Positions 1 to 9,400 of a stretch of DNA of 42,451 nucleotides are shown in pieces. Under the pieces are notes generated by a model. The model saw only the letters and a program-made list of their open reading frames with translations. It did not search any database and was not told the DNA's origin. How positions within the stretch are numbered: position 1 is the stretch's first letter; each line of letters starts with the position of its first letter. The stretch spans positions 1 through 42,451 of IMG/VR virus record IMGVR_UViG_3300048762_000095. One strand, given 5' to 3'. Made by a program: the position numbers and the translations under genes. The stretch comes from a virus (Duplodnaviria; Caudoviricetes).

Positions 1-122
1 ATTTTCTTAATTTTATCTAAAAAATATTCGTAAGTATTATTTCTTTTGGAAAAATTACAAAAACTACAACAAAGCAGACAATTCTCTGTGAATTGTGAGA
101 TGTATAATACTTTATGGTTCAT
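1..122 (-). pseudogene. Decayed HNH endonuclease C-terminal fragment (runs off window edge)
   Basis: Minus-strand reading MNHKVLYISQFTENCLLCCSFCNFSKRK*, continuing after a frameshift as TYEYFLDKIKK. This resembles the ENCxxCCxxCNxxK tail of phage HNH nucleases. Confidence 0.45.
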
Positions 123-457
123 TTTAACAACTCTGGGTTTTCAAAGATATTTCCAATAATTTCTTTATTTTTCCAACCATCCATAGAACATAATTGATAA
201 TTATTAGTCCATACTTCAAACGCCGCATTAAACTCATTATATTTTATTTGACACACCTCCGAAAAATGTGGATTTTTCATCAAATCACCCTCATAAATAT
301 CTTTTCCATTTTTGTCATTTAATCCAGTAAATTGTTGAATAACATAATTTTTATTATCCACATAACCTATTGGAAGGGAATAGAATAATTCTTCCCAAGA
401 CAAGAAGACCTTATCAATTCTATCCCAAATTCTAAATTTAATCACCCTATTTGGCAT
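119..457 (-). CDS. YopX family protein
   Basis: IKFRIWD ... QQFTGLNDKNGKDIYEGD ... IIGNIFENPELL signature blocks. Confidence 0.9.
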   Translation of the reverse strand: MPNRVIKFRIWDRIDKVFLSWEELFYSLPIGYVDNKNYVIQQFTGLNDKNGKDIYEGDLMKNPHFSEVCQIKYNEFNAAFEVWTNNYQLCSMDGWKNKEIIGNIFENPELLK

Positions 458-514
458 ATTTAGTTTATATTGTTCAACAACTCTGGGTTTTCAAAGATAT
501 TACCAATAATTTCT
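126..514. repeat. 39-bp direct repeat (126-164 and 476-514, one mismatch) at the 3' ends of tandem yopX genes
   Basis: aacaactctgggttttcaaagatatt(t/a)ccaataatttct present twice, 350 bp apart. Confidence 0.9.
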
Positions 515-996
515 ACTGCTGGCACGCGCATTATCTTTTCAATAATAACATATTGGGAAAGAGTATTTCCAGAAAAGTAAAACGATCCGTGATCAAAAAC
601 TACCCTATTACAAATTTTTTTTGGTTCTCTGTAGCCAGATTCCAAAATATCTCCTTCATAAATCTCTTTCCCATTCTTGTCTTTAAGACCAGTAAATTGT
701 TGGGGGATTAATTCAAAAGGGAAACAATTTCCTTCTAATTGCTGTCCCATTTCTTCCAAAAGGCTTTCCAAACTAATATAAATAAACTTTTCTCCGTCCC
801 AAAATCTAAACTTTAATTCTCTATGATTCGTTTTTTGTGGATGGTTTACCGAGGATAAAACATGATTTAAAGATTTATTTGCATTGTCTGATGAGACTCC
901 TACTCGTTTTAATGACTCAGATAAGTCAGTGGCAGATACAACGAATTTCGCATCGACAATGGCCATTTTATTGATAATTTTTTGGGATTTTTTCAT
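460..996 (-). CDS. YopX family protein with N-terminal extension
   Basis: LKFRFWD, QQFTGLKDKNGKEIYEGD and IIGNIFENPELL blocks, after ~55 extra N-terminal residues. Confidence 0.88.
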   Translation of the reverse strand: MKKSQKIINKMAIVDAKFVVSATDLSESLKRVGVSSDNANKSLNHVLSSVNHPQKTNHRELKFRFWDGEKFIYISLESLLEEMGQQLEGNCFPFELIPQQFTGLKDKNGKEIYEGDILESGYREPKKICNRVVFDHGSFYFSGNTLSQYVIIEKIMRVPAVEIIGNIFENPELLNNIN

Positions 997-999
997 ATA

Positions 1000-1569
1000 T
1001 TAAAATATTTCTTTGTCTTCCGTTTCTTGGGGGACAATAGGTTTGACATTTAAAGCTTTTTTAGTCATTGCGCTGTTTTGGGCCTCTTGACGGGCAATAT
1101 TAAAATGGGAATGGAGAGTGTTGATTAAGAATTCGCGAATTAAACGTGCTTCGGCATACGAAAAACCTATGTAAAAGGCATTTTTATAGGCAGAATCCGT
1201 TTTGCTGCCAATTGTAATAGAAAAAGAAAACCCACGTTGTTCGGGTTTTTGCCCTTCTTCTGGTGGTGTTTTAGAAATCCATGGCACAAAACTGACGCTT
1301 TTTGGAGAATCGGAGTCATGGAAGGTCGTGAAGGGACGATTTCTTTCAATCACATCAAGGAGTGCCGCTGCTTCAAGGTCGTTAATTTTAATCGTAGTAT
1401 TAGCTGTAATATCGGTGCGCGAAGTAGCAAAAGAACCAATGTGTTTGGTGTCATCCCACCCAGATTGTTTGATGATCTGTACGAAAACACAGTCATTTTG
1501 ATGAGAGTCTTGAAAAGATGCAGCGAAACCTTTATTGCTTTTGTTGGGCTTATAGAATTGAATTGACAT
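1000..1569 (-). CDS. Putative Whirly-like ssDNA-binding protein
   Basis: Collinear motifs FYK..KGFAASF / VFVQII / IKINDLEAAALL / FTTFHD / KSVSFVP / GFSFSITI / FYIGFSYAEARLI mirror the plant Whirly motifs as I recall them. Acidic C-tail TEDKEIF. Has its own promoter. Confidence 0.6.
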   Translation of the reverse strand: MSIQFYKPNKSNKGFAASFQDSHQNDCVFVQIIKQSGWDDTKHIGSFATSRTDITANTTIKINDLEAAALLDVIERNRPFTTFHDSDSPKSVSFVPWISKTPPEEGQKPEQRGFSFSITIGSKTDSAYKNAFYIGFSYAEARLIREFLINTLHSHFNIARQEAQNSAMTKKALNVKPIVPQETEDKEIF

Positions 1570-1575
1570 AATAAT

Positions 1576-1604
1576 ATATTACTTGGTTTTTAGAGTTTTG
1601 TCAA
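1576..1604 (-). promoter_or_regulatory. sigma70-type promoter TTGACA-17-TAATAT, 6 nt upstream of ATG 1569
   Basis: -35 at 1599-1604, -10 at 1576-1581. Confidence 0.8.
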
Positions 1605-1759
1605 GAATATTTGTTCCAATATTGGGATTATTAAAAATCCCCTGCATCACAGATTCAAGCATATTTTGAGCTTCTTCTTTAGTGGAATTGATTACTTTAG
1701 ACAAAATAAATCATCTGGTAACTTCAGATGGGAATACTCCTAATATTAGATTATTTATT

Positions 1760-1766
1760 AGTGTAA
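1760..1766 (+). promoter_or_regulatory. AGTGTAA motif (candidate phage late promoter) upstream of giant gene
   Basis: The same motif recurs just upstream of starts at 22941-22947(-), 28351-28357(-), 38189-38195(+) and 41813-41819(+). Confidence 0.5.
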
Positions 1767-1789
1767 TTTACCTAATATAAGGTATAAGT

Positions 1790-4700
1790 GTGACTTTTTC
1801 TGGACAACCAAATAATATTATCGTGGGAAACGTTTTTTCGGGGTGGTATGGAGTCTCCGTGGAGGGTGGAAGTCCATCTCTTTTTGATTTTTCAAGTCCA
1901 AAATATCCCACCACAAACTTTTCCGCGCCCTATGACGCAAAATTAATTGGAGATTCTGGGGACGGCACAAATTCTCTTATTGCTGCCGCTAGAAAAATCC
2001 AAAGTTCTCTAAATCCAAGTTTTTCTTCTAACGTAACTGGAAAACTTTATTTTGAGGATGGAGCAGAGTTGATGGGCGTCTGTCATGGGTTTGGAAGGGA
2101 TTCTACAACATATTATAACGGATTTTCTTTTTATAATGCTCCTTATTCTCCAGGTTATTTTACCCCTCCGTTTGGAGAAGAAATTTCCATAAATCAGTAT
2201 AACCAAGATGGAATCGGGGCTTTGTCAGAGGGGTATTGCAATTCCGTTTCGTTGACAGAATACAATGAGCTCTACGGAATAAATTCCATTGTTTCTAAAG
2301 AAGCTAATCTCACCGCAAACGATTTGGTTGCTGGTTCTTTTTCGTTGTTGGCTACAAGTAAGGCAGCGTGTCCTGAAGATGCTGTATCCACCTTTTTTGA
2401 GGAAGTTCAATTCCATCCAATCAAAGGAACTACGACACAATTAGGGGCATCTAATGTATTAAATTCAAATAGCGTTCCAACAAGTTTAGATAATTATGAG
2501 ATACGTCTTGCTAGTAGATATTCTATTTTTTCTTCAGGGACTCCTCCGCAAAATTATTTAAATTACGTCAATGGTAAACCAGTGGCATCATACAACGCAG
2601 ACAGCCAACAAAATAAGCTCAACAATACTTTGTGCATGGCCTCTCTTTTGGAAACACAAACAAATATGGGGATAGGAACCAATGGAATACAGTTATTGGT
2701 TGTTCCTGACGCTGAATATGGTGCGGTTGGAAGTCAAGCAAGTTTTATCGGAGCTGATCCTTTTAATCTTTGGCACTTTAATTTTAAAGAAAATAGTGAA
2801 TCATTTCCCTTTTCCGATGGTTTTTCTACTTCTGTTGGAGTGGTTCATATCATGGGCAGTCAAGAAGGAACATCATTATTTGATTCTACTTTAGCAATCG
2901 AAGATAATTATTGGGTGAATAGGCAGTGTCCAGCAACGGTTGACTATTTACCTTGGACATTTGGCGCAAGTATTTATGCTTGTCCGTCTCAACATTTTGA
3001 CGTTCCATTTTATGCGGCAACTAATAAATTTGGGTTCTATGGAATAAGATTTCTAAATAATTGCGCGAGCTTAAATCTTGACTATGATTGGAATGGCGTA
3101 AAAAATTCCAGCGAGATTCAGTCAAGTCTAAATCCATATGAACCATTAGATATGGGTTTAACAGAACCAGAAGATGTTGATTCGTATAGTGGCGGAAGTT
3201 CTGCTGAATATGACACTTTGTTGGCGATAGCTAAACAAGAATCGGCGTTTTCAGATATTTACGCTTTAAATAAGGCATATTTTATTTGGAGTAATAATTG
3301 TTTTATTACTGGAATGTCAGAATATCAAATTCTAAGTGGTAACTACGATCGATTTCCTTACCTATATAATAGTTTAATTACTCCTTATAATGAGTTGTTT
3401 GGAAACGATATTTCGGGAGTATTCAAATATCAACCAAATCTAGTCCAAACAAATAGTGGGGTGTTAGTTGCGACAAATTGGACAAACGATATTCTATTAA
3501 CAAACGATTTGTATTCCGACTTTCAACACAAACTAAACAAAATACTAACTGGACAAGATATTTCTCTATGGTCGTCTATTGAAAACCAATATTCCTTTTA
3601 TGTTTCTAATGGTCAAGGAGGAGTAAATGAAAATTTTTATACCGAAATGGCGACAGGAAGAGACGCGAGATTGTTAACTCGATATTTAAATAATACTGTT
3701 CATGGTAATCCAATTGATCTATTTCCGTTAAATAAAATAATGTTCTCTTTTGATAAGGCGTCAGACTACCTAACTCATACTGGGTGGGGGCGTTCTGTTT
3801 CGTCGTTTGGCTTAAAATCATCCGTTCCAGATATTGAAAGAAGATATTTCCAAGGTGCATATAGTAACGGAGCTAATATTACTGGATTAACGACCGTATT
3901 AAATAGTTTATCTTCAATAAATAACTCTTCGTTTTATCCAGGGTTTTTTAATGACATATCTATCAACAAAGATTTACCAAACCCAACTTATGTACCAGTT
4001 GAATCTGGAACTATTTTAGATGAAAATAATAGAAGTTACTCACCTAATGGATGGTTAGCGTTAGGATATAATGGTATTGGAAAATTAGACGCGGGATTCT
4101 CTTGTTTTACTCCAATATTTGTCCAACAACCATTAGATGAAGTTTATTGCAAAATAGGGCAGGCTCCGACACTAAGAACATACGCGGTAGATTATCATAC
4201 AATTCCAGATGATAAATTATCAGCACGTTATATGGAAATCTTTTATTGGGCACAAAAATTAAAATTATTAGATTCTAAAGGTAAAAGTCTGTATCCGATG
4301 GGATATAAATGGTATAGGGTTCCCACGTCTCAAACAGGTCAATTTTTATTACATGGAGATTTCTCGGTAGCATCGCCAAGTTCGGAGACTGGATCATGGG
4401 GATGTATAGAGGGTGATACTAAAAATTGTACAATATGTCATCCTTTAGACAGCTTCCCACAAGGTCTATTGGGTAGTTCAGAGGCATACACCTTTATTAA
4501 AGGGGCAATAGGTGGGGTAGACGACAAATATAGTTATTATTGTTTGGCATCTGGAAGATTCGGTATCAGAATTAGCGAACCATCTCAATTGTATATTGAA
4601 AATTGGGTAAAATTTGATGTATCGCTAAAAAATGGTATTAACGTTCCAGCGAACTTAGGCATTCGGTTTCAGGTCAACGACTATCTTGGAAAAACAGGGC

Positions 4701-6442
4701 AAGTAGTTTTTTCTTCGGTAGCCGCTCCAGCATATAATGGTTATCAACGAGACCCTTACGCTCTTGTAGAAAGTCAGGTAATGCAACAAATTCCTCCTCC
4801 TAACGCTGGTTATGGAGACGTATCATCAATTGCTCCTATTGGTCCGATTGGATACATTGGTTCGTTAAGAAGTTATGTGCCATCATATTTGAACGATACA
4901 AGGGGCTTGTATGAAGTTTGGGGAAAATTTTTAGACTATGGGACTCTTGTTACAATATCTAAAACACTATCTCAAAAAGAGGGCGATCTACTTTATGGAT
5001 ATAGTCATTTGCCGATTTGTTCTAATTATGAAATGGCTAATGGACAAGCGGGAGTTCAAATTATTCCCACTTTAAATGGAAATAAAATTTTACATTGGAG
5101 TTTAAACCAAAAAGCTGTGGCATCATACCAACAAACTTATATTGGTGTTCCGTGGCAACAATTAAATACTTTTGGTGCGTTATATCCACCGATTAACAAC
5201 GACAACGGATGGACGCCCTGGAATAATGGTAGTTATAGTTCTTTTGGTATTGGGCAATGGCAATGGTATAATAATTTAGGGGCAATTAAAAGATTTGGAT
5301 ATAAATCAGACTATTCGACAAATGATATTCAATTAGTTGGCAACGGTTCACCTTCGTCAAATGATGCTGGAGGCTACAATACACAAATTGCTTTAATTAA
5401 AAAACAACTTATAACTCCGTCTGTCTTAGCAGGTGTGAACTGTGGGTATACTCCTTATGGATTTGGTCATAATATGATATTTTATATAGAGGCATTTGAT
5501 AGGTTTTACTTGTATTGTGATCCTATGAAAAAGAAAAATGTTCAAAATTTGAACTATATGAACCCAGGAATTAGAATGGGAAATTCCGCAATTCAATATT
5601 CTTGGTTAGGACAGCCTAGTAATACTTATTTGGAACGTCGCCCTATGTATGGACCATATGCTTATCAATGGATGACCAGAAGACATAATAGAGATAGAAA
5701 TGGTAATGGTATTTCTCAAGGATTTTATTCAATGGGATGGGAATCCAAATATACTGAGATGTATGATGCTCCAGCAATTTATGGATTATATCCAAAAACA
5801 ATGGATAGTCCAACCTCTATTCAAAGGGCAATGAATTTGCTAACTTTGAGAAAAAATGCTGGATTTGGCGCAGATATAACGATAAGAAATGTTCGTTTTG
5901 GAACGACAAATGGAGAGGGAACGTCGAGACCCTATGGAAACCTTATGGTAAATTGTGATACAACAAATGCCATGTGTGATTATTATTCGGCTTTATCGTC
6001 ATATGCAGCCACACATGATTGGGAAAACTACTCTTGTTCGCAAGCTAATTTAGCAAAGGGGAACTGCTTCGATCCTTGTGTCAGCATTAGATATGCTCAA
6101 GGGTTTTTTCCTGGAGGAAAATCTCAAAATATGTTTGGTAATGGAGGAAATAATAAAAATGTTAGATTGGTGGCTATGGCGAATGGATTAAATCCATCAT
6201 TAAGTGATGAGGTTTCAGAAGTGGACAAGACTATAACTTTTAGGTCGCCTTTGAATACACCTCACTCCGTAATGAGTAGAAAAAATGGCAAAAAACCAAT
6301 TGGAATATCGAGTTGTAAAGACGGAGGATCAGATCATTGTTCTTATACTGTTCCCACAGTTCATCTCGGCACTTCATCGTGGCTAGAAGGGGCAACAACC
6401 TCCTTTTATAGTTTAATAAATTTAATGGAAAGCGCAGTTTAA
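1790..6442 (+). CDS. Giant hypothetical protein (1550 aa), likely virion-associated, with an Ig-like domain
   Basis: Long ORF with GTG start, rich in S/G/N/Y. PIFVQQP..G..PTL..YKWYR..D..SYYCLASGRFG..SEPSQLYI pattern at ~4110-4600. Cys-rich C-terminus. Confidence 0.75.
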   Translation: MTFSGQPNNIIVGNVFSGWYGVSVEGGSPSLFDFSSPKYPTTNFSAPYDAKLIGDSGDGTNSLIAAARKIQSSLNPSFSSNVTGKLYFEDGAELMGVCHGFGRDSTTYYNGFSFYNAPYSPGYFTPPFGEEISINQYNQDGIGALSEGYCNSVSLTEYNELYGINSIVSKEANLTANDLVAGSFSLLATSKAACPEDAVSTFFEEVQFHPIKGTTTQLGASNVLNSNSVPTSLDNYEIRLASRYSIFSSGTPPQNYLNYVNGKPVASYNADSQQNKLNNTLCMASLLETQTNMGIGTNGIQLLVVPDAEYGAVGSQASFIGADPFNLWHFNFKENSESFPFSDGFSTSVGVVHIMGSQEGTSLFDSTLAIEDNYWVNRQCPATVDYLPWTFGASIYACPSQHFDVPFYAATNKFGFYGIRFLNNCASLNLDYDWNGVKNSSEIQSSLNPYEPLDMGLTEPEDVDSYSGGSSAEYDTLLAIAKQESAFSDIYALNKAYFIWSNNCFITGMSEYQILSGNYDRFPYLYNSLITPYNELFGNDISGVFKYQPNLVQTNSGVLVATNWTNDILLTNDLYSDFQHKLNKILTGQDISLWSSIENQYSFYVSNGQGGVNENFYTEMATGRDARLLTRYLNNTVHGNPIDLFPLNKIMFSFDKASDYLTHTGWGRSVSSFGLKSSVPDIERRYFQGAYSNGANITGLTTVLNSLSSINNSSFYPGFFNDISINKDLPNPTYVPVESGTILDENNRSYSPNGWLALGYNGIGKLDAGFSCFTPIFVQQPLDEVYCKIGQAPTLRTYAVDYHTIPDDKLSARYMEIFYWAQKLKLLDSKGKSLYPMGYKWYRVPTSQTGQFLLHGDFSVASPSSETGSWGCIEGDTKNCTICHPLDSFPQGLLGSSEAYTFIKGAIGGVDDKYSYYCLASGRFGIRISEPSQLYIENWVKFDVSLKNGINVPANLGIRFQVNDYLGKTGQVVFSSVAAPAYNGYQRDPYALVESQVMQQIPPPNAGYGDVSSIAPIGPIGYIGSLRSYVPSYLNDTRGLYEVWGKFLDYGTLVTISKTLSQKEGDLLYGYSHLPICSNYEMANGQAGVQIIPTLNGNKILHWSLNQKAVASYQQTYIGVPWQQLNTFGALYPPINNDNGWTPWNNGSYSSFGIGQWQWYNNLGAIKRFGYKSDYSTNDIQLVGNGSPSSNDAGGYNTQIALIKKQLITPSVLAGVNCGYTPYGFGHNMIFYIEAFDRFYLYCDPMKKKNVQNLNYMNPGIRMGNSAIQYSWLGQPSNTYLERRPMYGPYAYQWMTRRHNRDRNGNGISQGFYSMGWESKYTEMYDAPAIYGLYPKTMDSPTSIQRAMNLLTLRKNAGFGADITIRNVRFGTTNGEGTSRPYGNLMVNCDTTNAMCDYYSALSSYAATHDWENYSCSQANLAKGNCFDPCVSIRYAQGFFPGGKSQNMFGNGGNNKNVRLVAMANGLNPSLSDEVSEVDKTITFRSPLNTPHSVMSRKNGKKPIGISSCKDGGSDHCSYTVPTVHLGTSSWLEGATTSFYSLINLMESAV

Positions 6443-6469
6443 AACACTATAATAAATAATATTTTATAA

Positions 6470-9400
6470 ATGATTTCTTCAACCTCCAATTTGTTTGGGT
6501 TTTCTATGGTTTCTGCACAAAGTAGAGCCTCATCTATAGGATTATCGTCTTCGCAAGAGAAAATCTGTTTGGCGTTTACGGTCGCTTTTGGGCAAGCAGA
6601 GTCAACATCTAAGTCTTTATATCAACAAATTAAAAACGCTAATGTTAATTCGATAGGGGGATTTGGGATCGGAAGTCCATATGCTATTATAGAAAAAAAA
6701 ATTTATGATATTTTTGATATTGCTTATCCTTCTGAGACAGTTGTAAATAAACAAATTTTAGCGTTATCCGCCAATGCACTAATTTTCGCTTATTATGTTT
6801 ATAGTGATATGAACATATCTGACGTCACAGATTTAATGGGGACACTTTTACAAAATATTTGCTATTACGTTACTCAAAATCAATTATTTAGTGTTTCGAC
6901 AATAAATGGAAATAGCCATGTAAATACACCGATGACGAGTCAGATTATTCAGTCTTTTTTAACTGAAGGCTATTACGAGACAATTCAATCTCTGTCTTCG
7001 TCTCAGAAAAGTTCTCCTATTAATGTTGTAAATTATAATTGGATGAATACTGAAGATATATTTGCAAAGCCAAATCTTCAAATTATGAAGGATATAGAAA
7101 ATGCTTATTATTATATATCAGGTAATTTATCCTACAAAACAGACTCAACGGACGTAATAGATTGTGTATCTATTCCAGTTACAATATTGACTTCTACTGG
7201 ACAAATTTCATTTTCATATTATTTACAAGAACCATGTATCGAAAAAAATTCTTACATCGGGCCAGTAAGTGGTATATCATTTTATCGGGTATTTAATGAT
7301 GGACCATATACATCTGGAGACTTTAATGCTGCGGTTAAAGAAGCTTATTTACAATTTGACAAAAATGTTTTAAGCCCCACTGAATATGGTAGTAATAGTA
7401 AAATGTTATATTCATTTATAACGGGTAGCGATAGTGGTTATTTGCCTATATCATTGTCTAATGTCTTTATTGATGCGAATGGAAGATATGATTTAAATCA
7501 AGAATATACTCATGTACCAGAATCTTATGACTGTTCTAATTCCTATAGTGGAACCATGCATATTGGTGGGAATGCTCCGATAATAGCGTGCGAAAGAGAC
7601 GAACACAATCATTGTATAAATTGTATGATGGTTAACAATACTGGTTTTAAATTTGCTTCTTTAGAGTTGAATAAAGACGTGTGGCAAAATAATTTTGCAT
7701 ATATTAAAACTAATCCCGTTAGTAATGTTAATAATATTTTAAAAAGAGCTTTGAATATTTTACCATATTCATATATTTCTGATTTAGACGAAGACGCTTT
7801 TACTACTGTTGGAGATCCTAATACTCAATACTTGGGTTATCCTCAACTTACTGGACAAAATGCATTGCCTAATCTAGCTTTTTTTCAAGACTTTGATAGC
7901 CAGACCTTTAAGAAATCTGCATCTATTTGTATGTATCCATCCATAGGAACATCCTATAATGGTTCAGACAAAGACTCTGATAGACAATACCAGATAAGTC
8001 CTTTAAATCTTTTTTCTGGAGCATCGGCGACTCACGTTCCAATAGGAAAATCTGGCTATTCTTTAATTAAATTCGTAAAATCAATCCCTTCTTCTGGGTT
8101 GGTAAATGACGAAATTGCACAACAGTTTTTTGGCATGGGCAATAATTTTAATAATAAATTTCATACTGTAACGGTCTCGGAGTCGAATGCTGGGTTTTTG
8201 TATAGTGGAGTATATGTCGACAATAGTGGTATTTACTCAAACATCGTAAATGCTAATATTCCATTTGAAAATGCAACGTTAGGAAGCCCAGTTAATTCAA
8301 TTAATTTTGTTAAAGGCTATCGTTCTGACGCTGGAGAAGAATATTTAGTAAAAAAGATTTATGCACAAGACAATAGTGGAAATTTAATTCCTTATTACAA
8401 TCTTTTAAACTCTGATTTACCTAACAGTTTACAAATAGACGAAAATCAAACACAGACGTTTACTCCATTACCTAATATATTAGAATGGGAGTCCTCCTTG
8501 TCTCATATTAATGATTCTCAAACAGTAGAAAATTATTTACCAAGATTTGCATCTGGCGCTTTTGAAACAATAGGGCAAAAGTTTTTATATCCAAATGCAC
8601 AACAAGTTTCCAACACTTATGATAGTAAAGTTAATGGTTTCCCAATTAGAATAAATTTTACACTTAATATTAGGGAAGAGACGGTTAGAGAAATATACGC
8701 AAAGTTTATTATATCAAATAATGGTATAATTTCAACTTCGCCAAATTATGTTGGCGTAATTAGACCCAATGGAGATTTAACAACAGATTTAAGAAATCCA
8801 TCGCCAGTTATGAATCAGATTTTTGTGCCGAATAATACTTATTATTCCAGAAAATATGATTTTAATAATTTTGCAATGGGTACTAGTTTTCAATATCACT
8901 CACCATTAGACAATATGGTGGACAATAATTGGAGTCCATTTATTAATAGGAATTTTTATCAAGACGACAAAGGAAAACTTATTAAAGAATTTGAGCAATC
9001 AAACTCACAACCTTCCTATCCTGATGCACCTGTTTTTTCTACTCCATCTGGAAAAAATAGTTTATTTGCTACAGATCAAAATAATCCCTTTATATTATCA
9101 AACTATTCAAGTAATTCTACTGAATATATTGATCAAGGACAAGGAATAAGATTTACGGGTAATGGTGCGTTATCTCATCAATGGTTTACTGGAACTGGTA
9201 ATAATGATTTAAAAATTATTTATGACGAATCTCCTATTCTAAATGGTTTATATCATTATTTTGAACCATTACAAATTAGTGGATATTTGCTTTATACCCC
9301 CCCATATTTTGACTTATCTTCTGGGACGGGCTATATAAATGATGCAATAAAAGAAGCGTTTAAAGTAATGATTAGTGGAAATAACAACGCGGGTCCAATA

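Noticed and set aside
126-514. Diversity-generating retroelement template/variable repeat pair
   Set aside because: The repeat is only 39 bp, lies in paralogous coding ends, has a single mismatch, and no reverse transcriptase is present in the window
1579-1740. Short minus-strand frame (LSKVINSTKEEAQNML...) and small hairpin catctg/cagatg at ~1712-1730
   Set aside because: No convincing start or motif; it may be a gene remnant but cannot be supported
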